Shown here: positions 1 through 12,740 of the stretch, one piece after another
How positions within the stretch are numbered: the first letter of the stretch is position 1
How the letters are laid out: every line of letters starts with the position of its first letter
Assembly (NCBI GenBank): GCA_964057225.1
Contig: OZ059898.1
Location: forward strand, 15,190,001-15,254,000
Direction: 5' to 3'
DNA from: Auanema rhodensis
Taxonomy: Eukaryota; Animalia; Nematoda
DNA length: 64,000 nucleotides
Translations under genes and position numbers: made by a program
The notes under the pieces: generated by a model
What the model saw: the letters and a program-made list of their open reading frames with translations, nothing else
Databases searched by the model: none
What the model was told of the DNA's origin: nothing

Positions 1-3000
1 ATTTTGGAGTGATCTGAATAGGATCTTGTCGCGAACTGTGCCAATCATTAGCCTCAACAACTAATGATTCTGCTTTAGACCTAGAAAAAACACTATAAGT
101 ACTGAAATAAAGATATATAATACCTTGTTGATGATATGCTAGCAGCTCGATCACGAGGAGATGAATTGCTATTAAACGCGGGAGATAAGGGAGATGTTAC
201 TGCTTCCTGTTCTACCGGTTCTGGGGTTGGCTCTTGATAATAGTTTTGTGAAACTGGGGCAGAAGCAACTTCTGTTCCTTGTTCTTGAACAGTTGCAGAG
301 TTATCATAATATTGTCCTTCATATGTTTGGGAAATCGTTTGATTATAATACTGTTGTCCACTCGACTGTGGCATTTGCAGAATAAGTTGACGAAGATTTT
401 CAATCCATTCAACTTCATCAGCTTCGGCAGAGGCAGAATAACGCAAGCTATAATAAAGTTTACTTTTTGTGGTGATTCATAACATACCGGTCAGCAAGAT
501 CAGCCAATTCTGTTAGTTCCTCAGCTGTGAGATTGTAATAGTATTGCCAAATTGAGGATGCAACTGACAAACAATATCTAAAAATATTGAAAACAACATC
601 AGAAATATTGTGGAAAAAACTTGCCTGAAACTATCAGTGGTGAATCCTCCGAAGCTTGCAAGTAATTGAGCATATTGTAATCGTTTGCGCTGGTAGTTCA
701 ATGATCTTTGGAGTGGGCTTTCCCTATGAGCAAGTTTAAGAGCATAATCGAAGATTTCAGTAGCATGAAGATCGGTTAAAGAAAATCTTAAAATTTTGCA
801 AATAACAAACATGAAATAAAATCTTGAACAAACCCATATCGACATTGAGTTGATTCCCAGTCATCATCTGGAAGACTAGCATGGATGAGTGATATGTGGG
901 TTCTGGCATCCCCCTCGCTATTAAAAAAAATAAAGAAATATGAGTTACACATTTAGCAAAAATACCAATTTTGAGCAGGTTGGAAAACATCAGCGTTGGA
1001 CAATAGAGCTACGGCCAACAGACAAAAATCGGCAGCAGCGTGATATTCTCTTTTAGCTAATACTAGTCCTAATCCGTGAACAGTGTGTCTGGCATGATCA
1101 GTATCAAGATTAGCCAAAACTATTGCAGCATGTGTACGCCAACTTCCAGTGTCATCAACAGGTGGATTGCTCTGGAAAAAAAATTTAGAAAAAAAAACTC
1201 AAGACTCGCGAACCAGAATAGGAGCAGGTTGTCCAGAGGAAACAGCCATGAGCGTCATGACAGGGTTGGTAGCCGGCCGAGTTGAAAGGAAACGAGTTTC
1301 TATATCGGAGAGCTTACGTATATCTCCTGGGAATAACCGTCTGGTCAACGCCATAGCATCAGCATAAAGTCCATCTTGTAAGGCACATTCAATAGCCTCT
1401 TCAACGTGACCACGGAGAAGGAACTGGGAGAATTTATCAAATCCGTTAGGATTGCTTATTTCTTCCCATCCAGACGACGCAGGTTTCGCGCTAGCGGGCG
1501 TAGTAGATTTGTCTCTGGTAACACTAGCTCTGCCATATGAAGATCCAGCAGCAATTAGTAACTTCGCTATGTCAGGTCCAGTTACTCTCTGAAAGTGTTA
1601 CTTAGTTTAAGAGACAAACTGAAAACCTACTCCTTGTTGTTGCACCAACATTTCCAACAATTGCCAAACAAGAAGACAGTCAACTACATCGTTGTCTTGA
1701 GGATTTTGAGTAGCAACGTCAGACATTTTAATCTTACTAATTTGTCGCTCGATGTACAACAACACGGAGTGGGAAGGTGTTTTTCCCACAATTAGAGGCC
1801 CTTGAATAAGTTAAATATATTTAGATGTAATATTCATAATTTCATACCTCTGAACATTTGAGCAGCATCGATAAGGCGCTTGCTCTCGTTGTCTTTCAAA
1901 ACTTTCTTAACATCATCAATATGGACAGTTGAAACAGATAATTCTGGCTGAACAGTGATCATTTTTCCTCCTGGTCCGAAAGTAACGAAAGCATGAGGTG
2001 TGCGGAACTTGAGTGGAGCTAGAAAATATTTTTTAAAGAATGAATAATATAAACTTGCTTACCTCTAGTATCAACACTGAGAATATCTGATTGAATATCA
2101 TCTTCTTTTTCATCAACACTTGCTCTATCGCTGACACTGAAATATAGTTATATGTTCAGTGAAAATACGTTAACCCAGGACAACCCGGCAAAATCTAGCT
2201 ATATTTAAAAGGTAGATTTAAAAATCTCGAAAAAAATAAAAGAAAACATTAGGACAACACTGGATATTAAAGGACAAAACAATATCTAGATGTTGTACCT
2301 CTTTGAAACAAATTGTTGAAAATTAGGAATTAAACTGAAAAGGAAAAGTGTACAGTGTATAAACCCCTTAATAATAGAAGTGTGTGTAATCAGGCAAATT
2401 GTAGAAACAGCAACGCAAGGAAAGTTATGTGAAATCCCGCTAAACTCACTGTTCGGGCATAGATTTAGAACGCATATACGGCACAAAATCATCGTGAAAA
2501 TATGATTTCAAGCCGTTATTTTCATTATATTCACTAAGGCATACATCCAAGACTGATTAGTAGCACAAAATAAAAAACTTACCCATCTGCACTATCCCTG
2601 TCGTCGCTAAATAGCTGTTTTTGGCTAGCTTCGTAAGCTTTCTGCTTATTAGTTAATCGAGTTAAATGATATTGATCATACATTGCTCTGCAAATCTATA
2701 AAAACTAAAATTAGGCGAGACAATTAAAACTGTTTGCTTACTCTGCATAAAGCATCATTATCATTCACACCCTCGTATTTGAGCTTATAAAATTCTTTAT
2801 TGAACTTGTTTTGGAAACTCTTAATGTCCTCATATAGCTTTTTATTCACAGTCGCATAGTACAGATAAGCAGCTTGTTCATGAGGTTGAGTAAGAATGGT
2901 GTAATATTCCATAGGTGGTTGAAGGCGACGGAATACAAGCTCCACAAGTTTCTTAAAAATTTTAGTAAAGATTTTTAAATATTGAACAACTCTTACAGGA

Positions 3001-6000
3001 TCAAGGCGAAGCATTCCCAAATAGAATGTTAGCTTAGGATGCCATCTATGATACTCTGGATGTCGTGGGGCCATTGCTTGCATAGAGTAAGATGACATTG
3101 AGGCAGGCTTTAACAATCGTTGTTCAAATAAGTCGGGAAATTACAAACTTACAGCATTGTATTGCCTCATCTCTACTTCACTTTCACCAGTTTCATCCTC
3201 GTCATCAACAGAGTCGGACTCGTAACTGCCTTCTTCCTCTTCTTCGGGTGGGTAATCATAAGCATCATACGTAGCATAATTACCTCCTTCATGTTGGAAT
3301 CTGAGACAACTATATTATGAAACTATTGTAGGATCCTAACCGTTGCATAGCTCTTGTATCCACAGTAGACTGAGGTCTATTATAATCCTGATACATCCTC
3401 TGCGGTTGAGAATAGAAATCAGAACCGTAAGGAACAGCACTTCTGCGACCAGGATGCATATATCTGAATTTTGAAATAAAGAGAAATAATTAATTTAAAA
3501 TTAAAACCCTGGGTAATGTGAAGGATGCATCATGTGCGGATTATAGTTATTATATGGATAATGTCTGTTCTGAGGATGAGCGTGAGGATGTGGAGGAGCT
3601 TCTCCTACTTCAGATTTAGCACGACTGGGTGGTCGATTACGAGAAAGCCTACTTCTAAAAACATAAATATTATCAAAAGTTCAATTCAATTCGAAAAACC
3701 TTCTAGCAGCATTTACGAAATCATCGCCATAACCAATATTATTTCTTGATATGTCAACACTTTGGTTCAAAGAGTTATCTTGTTGAGAATACATGGAAGA
3801 ATTCACTGAAAATTGTTTGAATATTATGTTATGAAGAACATGAATTAAAATTACTTCTATCCATTTCGTTCTTGCCCATGCTGTTATCAATAGATGTATC
3901 AGGTCGAGTAGCTGCTGGTGTTGCAGATGCAGTACCAAATGCTAAAGCTGATCGTCTTCCACTTACACTAAAAGTGAAAATTTTATATCTGTTAAAAAAA
4001 TAATATATTCAAACCGGCCCAAGGAAAAACTTTTGAAATATTCGAAATTGATTGAATTGTTTAAGGAATCATTATCGGAGGACATTCTTTATATCAAAAA
4101 AAAACGATATACTTATACAAACAAACGTGGCACACACGATTTTGCCAATTCGTTGAAATTCAAAAAATAATTTTTTTAAGTATCTCACCTCATGTCTACT
4201 AAAGGATTCTTTTTTAATCGTGGGGTTTCAACTCTGTATCTATCCAATCGTTGGATAACCTGTGGAACATTATGAACGGTACCTAGATATCTGAAACTTT
4301 TTCGTTTAAAGTAGTGTCCATAAACTTGAAACGTACTTCTCCTTTACACCTCTATAACGTTCGTGATAGCTACCTCTAACAGCATTCCTAGTGAAGGAAC
4401 TCTGAACCAAAAATTATTTAAATATCACGATATTGTACAAAATACCTGTGTACTATCACTTTGTTCCCCAGATAATTGAGGCATAGTCTGTGACTGAGGT
4501 ACTCCTCGCGTTGAGGCAGTTGAATTACGACGACTAAGATTTCTGTAAAGAAATACGGTTAGAATCAAAAAAAACGATAAAAATTACCTCGAGATATCTT
4601 GCTCAGATAATGGAGTACTCGTTGCTTGAGCTACTCCTGGACTCTCGGTTTCTAATGGCGTTGCTGGTTCTGGAGTGATAGCATTCTCATTCTGAGGTGG
4701 TGGGACTAATTCAGCAACAGAGTTAGGTACTCTAAAAACCATACGACTCTTCTATATTAAATTGCAATCACTTACTGTTCAGCAGATTCGGCAACATGAA
4801 CTTCTTCACTTGCTTCAATGGGATGTTCATTTTGTACAGGTTCAGGAGCGCTATTGATGGTTGGCAAAACTGCAGCCATCGCATTCACAGCAGGCACAGG
4901 GACAGAAATCTCTGCTTCAACAGTAGTCACGGATTCAATAGGTTGAACAGGCAAAGGGATTGATTCGGAAGAGGATACTGGCCTATTATTGACAGCTGAG
5001 GTTGTTTCAACAACAGGCGTTAAGTTAGAAATAGGAACGGTCTCAGCCACTGGTACAGACTGTTGTCTAGGAAGAGATTCAACTACAGGTACAGACGGTT
5101 GTCTAGGAACAGATTCAACTACTGGTACAGACGGTTGTCTAGGAACAGATTCAACTACTGCAGCTGGAGCGGTTCTAACAGCTTCCACGGTATTCTAAAT
5201 GAATCAAAATAAATTAGAATTTTTAAAGCAAAATTACTACAGCAGGAGTTGCGTTTGTAATTGGTCTGGTAGGAGCTACACGTTGAACATTACTAGGAGA
5301 ATCAAAAGCTTGAGTTACAGGTTCAACTCGGGCTATGGGTTGATCGACTGGCTGAACGACAAAACAAGGAATAAACAAATTCTATTTTATAAATAATATT
5401 TGAACATACCTCAACACTTGTCTTCTTGACGAGAGGTGCTACCTGAGCGACTGCTGGCTGGGTTTCTACAGCTCTATCAGGTTCTTCTAAATAATATAAA
5501 ATCAATAGTGAATAAGTAAGAAAATATATATGTGAGAAGGATATTCAGTTGTGACTCTACACAACGATTGTATATATAGAGAAATGATCGACTGCGGTCA
5601 CTGGTACCGTTAGAATCAATAAACTGTGGACTGAGACAAACATAAAAGTAAGTACACGGCGGTCAATCGATCCAGTCGGACAATATCGTATTCAAACTAT
5701 CTAAGCTGTATGATAAGAGAATTACCTTGCTTAACAATATTTGAAACGGGTGGAATTGAACTTTCACGAGACCAATTATTGCTTGATTGTGGTGCGACAG
5801 AAGATTCACGACCTAAAAAAAGTAAAATAGGAGAATACAAAAAATTATCGTACTATTGTCGGTAAAAAGATTTGTAGATTCTTGGCAAACTGGTTCAGAC
5901 TGAGTTACACTGGCAATAGATGAAGTCTGTAAACTAATAGTATGAAAACAAGAAAGAACTAGTGCAATTTTCTATAGACGATATCAAATGTGCTATCACA

Positions 6001-7394
6001 ACAACGAAATACTATAAATTTAAATGATCAGTTCGACTAGCTCCATGAATTATGCCTACAGTTTACTATATCAATAAAAAGCAAAAGCTTATGAACTACC
6101 TCATGCAAAGTATCGCTTCTATCAGTCCTATCCCAGTCATCCCATGTATCATCCTTATTATTAAGGGCGCTATCGTCATCTTTAGAAGCGAAAGTATCCA
6201 CAGAGTAAGTAGATTCCGGTGTTACTTGAGAGGTGTTACAGGAACTTTCTAGATTAGGAGCATCCTCGGTTACGACAATAGACTGTTGACCATCTGATGA
6301 ACTTTCTTGGTCCTGCAGAATAACCACACTATTCGAATCAACACTCTCAGAGGGGACACATTCCAAAAAGGTATCATGTGGTCTAACACAGGTATCAGGC
6401 AGAGAAACATGCTCGGCTATAGAGGAAAGCGACAAAGGTTCAGTAGGTTCAGTTGATGAATAGCACGCAGTGTTGAACGGTTGACCACTGGGAAGAACGT
6501 ATTGATTAGACTCGACATAGCCTTGAGAATAATCTGGTTGTTGACTAGTTGGAACATCACTGGTCGTTGTCAAAACCACAGGAGTATAAATTGGCGAAAC
6601 AGGTTCAGAGTAGTGCTCCGTGTTATTTGCCTGATTATTGTATCCAGATGGTCCCGTAACTGCATAACTGCTAGGAGGTGATGATTGTTCCTGATGTTCT
6701 TGTATAGCAAATAACTGATTAGCACAATAGGGTTGAATACTAGAGCGAGGCTATAAAGAAGATCGTGCGGGGAAGAAAACAACAAGCAAAACAACAAAAA
6801 CATGACACCATAAAACCCAAAGAGTAAAAAAAATAACTACCTCTCTATTATTAGATACAAGCGTATTGGAAAGAATAGGAGCATGTTGAACAGGAGGAGG
6901 ATCTTGCTGGGCTTGGAAAGCTCCCTTAAATAAAAAAATATTGAAATTAACAAATTTAAAACTACTTGTTCAGATTGAGCAGTATAATTATTCATATAGG
7001 CATTACTTGCATATTCACCAGTATGTTGGTTAGCTGAAAAAAATTAATTAGAACATTTATCGCAAGGCTACAAACCGTATTCAGCATTTCCAGCGTATTG
7101 GTTATATCCACTATAAACTGCATTAGCATAAGGATCTGCTTGAGCAGTTGACTGAAATAATAGTAATAATAATATTCAAAAACTATAAAATCTTACCCCG
7201 TTCGAGTTAGAGTTCTCATTATATTGACCCCATTGATACGGTATGGAAGGAGCACCCCCTAGGTTCACATAGTCCCATTGAGATTGTGCTATAAACTTTA
7301 ATTACTCTAGAAATTGAATTAAGCTCATACCTGCTTGATCTTGGCCGGAATTTTGATCCCGATTGGTCAACGCCTGTTGCCAATACAGGGACAT
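1..7394 (-). CDS. sec-16: SEC16 COPII/ER-exit-site scaffold, multi-exon, 3' end beyond the window start
   Basis: Hand-spliced model begins MSLYWQQALTNRDQ at ATG 7394, shortly after a TTTTCAG acceptor near 7420. A long low-complexity P/S/Q/E N-terminus is followed by Sec16 central-domain motifs PLKFRTPHAFVTFGPGG, FRGPLIVG, LLVWQLLEMLVQQQG and FSLTDLHATEIFDYA. The reading frame stays open to base 1. Confidence 0.9.
5050..5160 (-). repeat. Coding 36-nt tandem repeat, about 3 copies (VVESVPRQPSVP), in sec-16
   Basis: The repeated peptide is directly visible in ORF 4772..5188. Confidence 0.85.
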
Positions 7395-8041
7395 GGACCT
7401 ACAATTTGACCCAGAGCCCTGAAAAGTGGACAACTCAGCACATGATATTAAAAGAGGAAAATCAAAAAAACAAGATAATGAGAGAAGATGTGGATTCGAT
7501 TATTTCAAGCATTAATTATTTAAATTAATTTTATAAGTTTATCAAAGTGCATAGGTAACAGGTAAAACTTATTGATTATATAACGTAAGACTTGGTGATC
7601 TAATAAAATCGGACTGCTGGCAGCCGCAACGCATGCGCTCGCGAGACTTTCGTGCTCTAGTTTCTCTTACTGTAATATAGCAAAGGGGCCAAATTATCAT
7701 TGTCTTATCAACAATTAAATATTTAAATATTAAAGATAACTCATTTCAACATTTTTTATGAAATTTAATGTTTTACATAATGTAAAATAAACATACCAGT
7801 TAGTCTTGTATATATTGGTGAAATGTAATATAATCGATTTCTTGGACAATAAATAAGAAATTGTTGGATTCAAAACTCGTTCTTTTATTTTTTTATAATT
7901 TTTTATTTTTGTTCATCATTAATAAAGTTAGAAATGACGCTGATTTAAAACGAAGAGAATTTCCACGTTTGGCGCTCTTTTCAAATGTTTCTTACGTGAA
8001 TACTTAATTAGCATAAAGCTCATGAAAATTTTACAGAGAAA
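7395..8041. promoter_or_regulatory. Putative bidirectional promoter between sec-16 and the C1D gene
   Basis: Head-to-head ATGs are about 650 bp apart. A GC-rich patch carries adjacent palindromes CGCATGCG (7630-7637) and CTCGCGAG (7638-7645). An E2F-like TTTGGCGC lies at 7968-7975. Confidence 0.5.
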
Positions 8042-8664
8042 ATGGACGAAGACATGGACGTACTTATTGTTGAAAAGGAGCCTGAAGTAGAGCAACCACC
8101 TCCTACTATTCCACCAGAAACTATAGAAAAACTGGGAGCTTTTAATGAAACCTTGACAGAACTCGAAGATGCTTTGAAATCTCATTTCGAAATTGGGTTT
8201 GATGAACACAAAGAGGTGATGAAAAAATTCTTAAATTTTTTTCATATTTTTATTAATTATTTTTTCAGAGATCTGCTTTAGAAATGGCTCGAACAGATTT
8301 AATGTCAATGTTCACTTTAAATGTAGTTGGATGGACATTATGTTCGTTGAATGGTCAAGATCCAAAAGAAAATTTGAAATTAGCTCAAGATTTAGTATGT
8401 TATTTGTACATTTTCACCTATTTAATAATACTGTTTTCAGAAAAGAACAAAGGACTACATAAAACGATTTAAATCCATTGAAGAGAGAAAAACTGCACCT
8501 CGTGTTAATCCTGTTGCAGCTAAGGTACTCTTTAATAGTAAAATGTTTACTAAGTTTTTATTTTCAGAACTTCGTTAGGAATGCCCTGTTTGAGATTCCT
8601 CCGCCAAAAGAAAAGGTAATTTCTAAATATAATGTGTTTTACTCATTTTTTGATTTAGGATTAA
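8042..8664 (+). CDS. C1D/Rrp47-family nuclear exosome cofactor (Sas10/Utp3/C1D domain)
   Basis: Exons 8042-8215, 8269-8394, 8441-8524, 8568-8615 and 8659-8664 give ...RSALEMARTDLMSMFTLNVVGWTLCSLNGQDPKEN...DLKRTKDYIKRFK...PRVNPVAAKNFVRNALFE..., the typical C1D pattern. Confidence 0.82.
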
Positions 8665-8763
8665 ACTAGGTTGTTACATCATCAATAATATATCCCAAGT
8701 TGTTACAAGTATAGTTGTTAATGATTTATTTTTCTCTGTTGTTGTTATTATTGTTTCTGGCTT

Positions 8764-9645
8764 TCATGCCTTTTTGGAGGTTTCACAATATTCTACAAAC
8801 TTCCCTATTTCTTCACAAGAAACATTACTATAATATAATTGTATGAGACCACAGTTGTTTCCCGCGAAAGATGTTATATCCTTGATTCCAAACGAACTTC
8901 CAACTTTCTCGGCTTGTACACACATATCTTCTAGTTCTTCTTTAGTATAGACATTGCCCTTCATGTCTCCAAACACTTCCTAAGAAACAATGAATTCTAG
9001 ATCTTCAAATTACAATTAAAATAGCTCATACTGTATTCTGTTGTTCTTCTAGCTGCTTTCTCTCGTGTTCCAATTGCTGAAGAACGGAATCAAAAATATA
9101 TTCTAGCTGTGAGCATTACCTGTGCATAAGGAACCAAGTTCTGATAAGTATTTTTAATGTGTTTCCCTCCTCGAGGTTTCACATTAATTTGCTTCATTTT
9201 TCCATTATCTTCATTTTTTATTGCACGCACTGTAGGACTCTATAAACATCTTTTATAATAGTTTCATTTAGTTTCATTTACCATTAACGTTGTCGTAAGC
9301 AACAAAGTTTGAATTTCGGAGGTTTTGAGATCATTCTGTTGGTCATTTGTCTTAAAATTATCTGACAAGGTATCAACATAATCTGGCTTTGCAACATATA
9401 AATCATTCTTAAAAAAATAAAAATTAAACAATTAGAAGACAAAGATTAACGAATAGGATGATTATTATACCTCGTTACTGATTTGCAAATGTGGATTACT
9501 AAGACCAATACTGACCCGACGAAGAGCCTATAATAAATACAATTTATTCTTACATATGTATATCAATAATGTTGAAAAAAACGTGGAAGGTGAGAAAACT
9601 TACTAAGGATGACGAGATGATAAGAGAGATGATGAGGACTTGCAT
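8764..9645 (-). CDS. Secreted protein with a C-terminal 4-Cys domain resembling the nematode aECM cysteine-cradle domain
   Basis: Six GT-AG-joined exons. Signal-peptide-like start MQVLIISLIISSSLA. C-terminus CVQAEKVGSSFGIKDITSFAGNNCGLIQLYYSNVSCEEIGKFVEYC. The domain call is by motif recognition, not a database search. Confidence 0.65.
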
Positions 9646-10688
9646 TTCTATGATATTAACAGCAAAAAGTCATACTACAGCATGGGCAACCTCCCCAATA
9701 AGATCAAGCCGGTTCTTAGGCGGTGCTGACCACAAGGATAAGAGGATGTTTTGGAAGCGTCAATAGAGAGCTTGTTCAACTATGGCTGTATGCAGTGATC
9801 TGTGTCGGAAAACTATCAAATGACCTCCAATCTACGAAATGAGAACGGTTGAACTTGCGCAACAACGATTCCATGAAGACAGATACAGTAAAGTGATTAT
9901 CCCTTGACTATGTTTGTCAAGTGAACAGGTCAGACCGCTGATGGATTGACAGTCTGGGTAACTTTTTTACCCGCAATGATCATGTTAATGCAACAAGAAT
10001 CCTGTAGAGAAGTGAATGTTTCCATTTTTGTTAAGGCTTGTCTAAATGTTTCGCTAAAATTCAACTGATTATAGTCTTTTCATTATCATCCAAATCTCGT
10101 TGCTGATTTAAGGGATTGGCCTCATTCAATACAGAAACCATTTTAAGTAGATTACTGATTCGCTTAGAATGTTTTATTTAATGACGATAAACTGAACAAC
10201 TTCTTCTACGTAAAGGTTGAGAACTTTATCAAGCATATGAGTAACATAAAAATTTACATACAACAGGCGAAGAGAACATTTTGCAAGCTGTGAGATCTCT
10301 CGACGATAAATAATAATGTATCGAATTCTCAACTAAGAAAACGTCGGAACAGTTACTCACAGAACCACAGGTACAATGAATTACAAATATGGAGGAAAAG
10401 ATGAAGGAAAATAAGGGATTATTGATGTGTAATTGCTTATGTTAAAATGGAAATAACAGCAAAGAATAAATAAACTACAATCCACAGGTTTCATGTGAAT
10501 CAACTCGTGCTTTTGTTAGGAACCGCTAAACTGTATGTACGCTACTAGTACATTAAAGGCAAAAAGAGGACTACATATGTTCAACTTTTAGCTTAAAGAG
10601 AAAACAACTGTAAAAAGGTAGGACAGATAGTGAATATCTTTTCTAGAGATACAAGATAAGGGTGTACCTCTTTCAGCAACATGAGTAA

Positions 10689-12740
10689 TTACTGAAAAAC
10701 ATAAATTAGGCTCACTGCGTTTATGTAGTCAGTGATACCTCTTCTTTAGCCTTCTTTGCTTCGACACCTTCAGTCTCCATAGCTTCGGCGGCACGCTTAG
10801 CATTATGCTCATTTCTTCTGTAAAAATAATATTTTAGACAGGAATTGAAATTATTTGTATACCTATCATCTCCTTCAGTCTCTCCTTCGAAGAACTCTCC
10901 AGGGTCATCAGTAACACCATCCATAATGGAAGCTGAAAATTAAAAATTATCAATATTAATTTTTTGAAATTTGAACATACGATGAAGCCTAACGTCAGGG
11001 TTGGCCATATCTTTACCCAAGCTATCATCATTTAAGCATTTCAGAGCATCTTCAGGCACAGCTGAAAATATTTATTACTTAATCTAAAACTCTATGAAAA
11101 ATATTACGCTGCATTTGAACACTTGGTGCGAAGGTAAGCTTAGTCAAGTTTTCAATGATGAGTTCTCTAAAAAACAATTAATGAATGGAATATAAACTAA
11201 ACAAATCGTACTGAATTTTCTTCAAATTGTCTGAACTGTTTTCGTTACTAGCTGAGGATGGATCAATATGAAGTTTGTAGGTAGGTCCGAAGTACTCGAA
11301 GTAATCATTGTAAGGAAGCTCTGAAATGAGAGAATCAATAAATAATATCTAAGGTTATTCTCATACCATCTGGAACTTCTCTGTCAACAGCTAAGGCTGT
11401 TTCATACGTCCAACAACGAGCAACATTTCTTGGAGTATAACCTCCTCCACCAACAAGCATAAGTGGAACATTATATTTTCTGAAGAAAGAGACACATTCT
11501 CCATGTCCTGAAATTTTTTTATATGATGAAAAAAGCGACAGCTCATTGTACTACCTCTTAAAGTCAAATTGAAAGGTCCAAGTCTGTCTCCGTTCAATGA
11601 ATCAGCTCCACACTGAAGAACAACAGCACATGGTTGGAAACGCTCCATAACCTTACTCATAATCTTGAATAGAAATATATGAATAATCATACAGATAATG
11701 TCATAAACATACAGGCTTGAAAATACTCTGATAGGTGTCGTCAGTAATACCATCCTTAAGTGGAACATTGACAGAATAGAGTCTTCCTTTGCCGGCTCCA
11801 ATATCCTTCAGAGAAAATTTAAAATAACTTCAGTCCATGATAATATGAGAAACCTTATGATCTCCAGTTCCTGGGAAGAAATCTCCATATTTATGGAAAG
11901 ATACTGTCATAACACGATCAGTAGTGTAGAAAGCTTCTTCAACACCGTCACCGTGATGAACATCAATATCAACGTACAAAACTCTGCAAGCGATAGTCAT
12001 TGCATTGAAATCATGATTGCTTATTTGATTACCTTCTATGGTATTTCAATAATTCTAGAATACCTAAGACAATGTCATTAGTGTAGCAGAAGCCACTAGC
12101 TTCGCTTTTCTTGGCATGATGAAGTCCTCCCATCCAATTGATGGCAATATCAGCCTTTTGTTTGTTGAGCTTCACAGCAGCAGCTGTAAAAAATCAAACT
12201 TTAATAAAGAAAATTGGTTTGAATATTATTACCAAGTGATCCACCACTGCTCAACTGACAGAACTCGTAAAGACCATCGAATAAAGGACAATCTTCTCCA
12301 ACGTTAACTGAAAAAAAATTTGCTTCGAAATAATTTTATAATAAATTACATTTGAGCATTTGCTTATTATACATTTTCAAGTTATCAGGACTGGCACATT
12401 TCAAAAACTTGATATACTCGTCACTATGGAAGCGTGTCATCTCATCAAACGTAGCTGGGAATGGTCTCTAGAAAATAATTAATAAATTAAATTTCAAAAT
12501 TAGTGTCTTACATAAACTTCTAAATCACGATAAATTCCATAGTTTAACAAAAGGTGATGTGTCATTCTAATACGATGAGGCTTCATTACATGGCCTTGCC
12601 CATAGTAATAATTTCCAATATTAGCTGAAAAAATTAATTAACAATTTTTAAAAATAATAAAAATAATACTTACAATCATAATAATAGGCTACACGCCTTT
12701 TGGAATGCTCCTTTACATTTCCTGTATATGTAGTGTCCAT
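10689..12740 (-). CDS. hda-1: Class I histone deacetylase (HDAC1/RPD3)
   Basis: Spliced protein [22 protein letters not shown]...[16 protein letters not shown]...[16 protein letters not shown]...[18 protein letters not shown]...[13 protein letters not shown]...[14 protein letters not shown]. The catalytic and Zn-binding motifs are intact. Confidence 0.95.

Noticed and set aside
5700-5708. CTAAGC as a possible telomerase RNA template in a structured intron
   Set aside because: It is only 6 nt, antisense to the host gene, and too short to template TTAGGC with an alignment region.
9930-10165. Protein-like minus-strand frames downstream of hda-1
   Set aside because: The frame breaks at about 10063 and there is no coherent exon structure.
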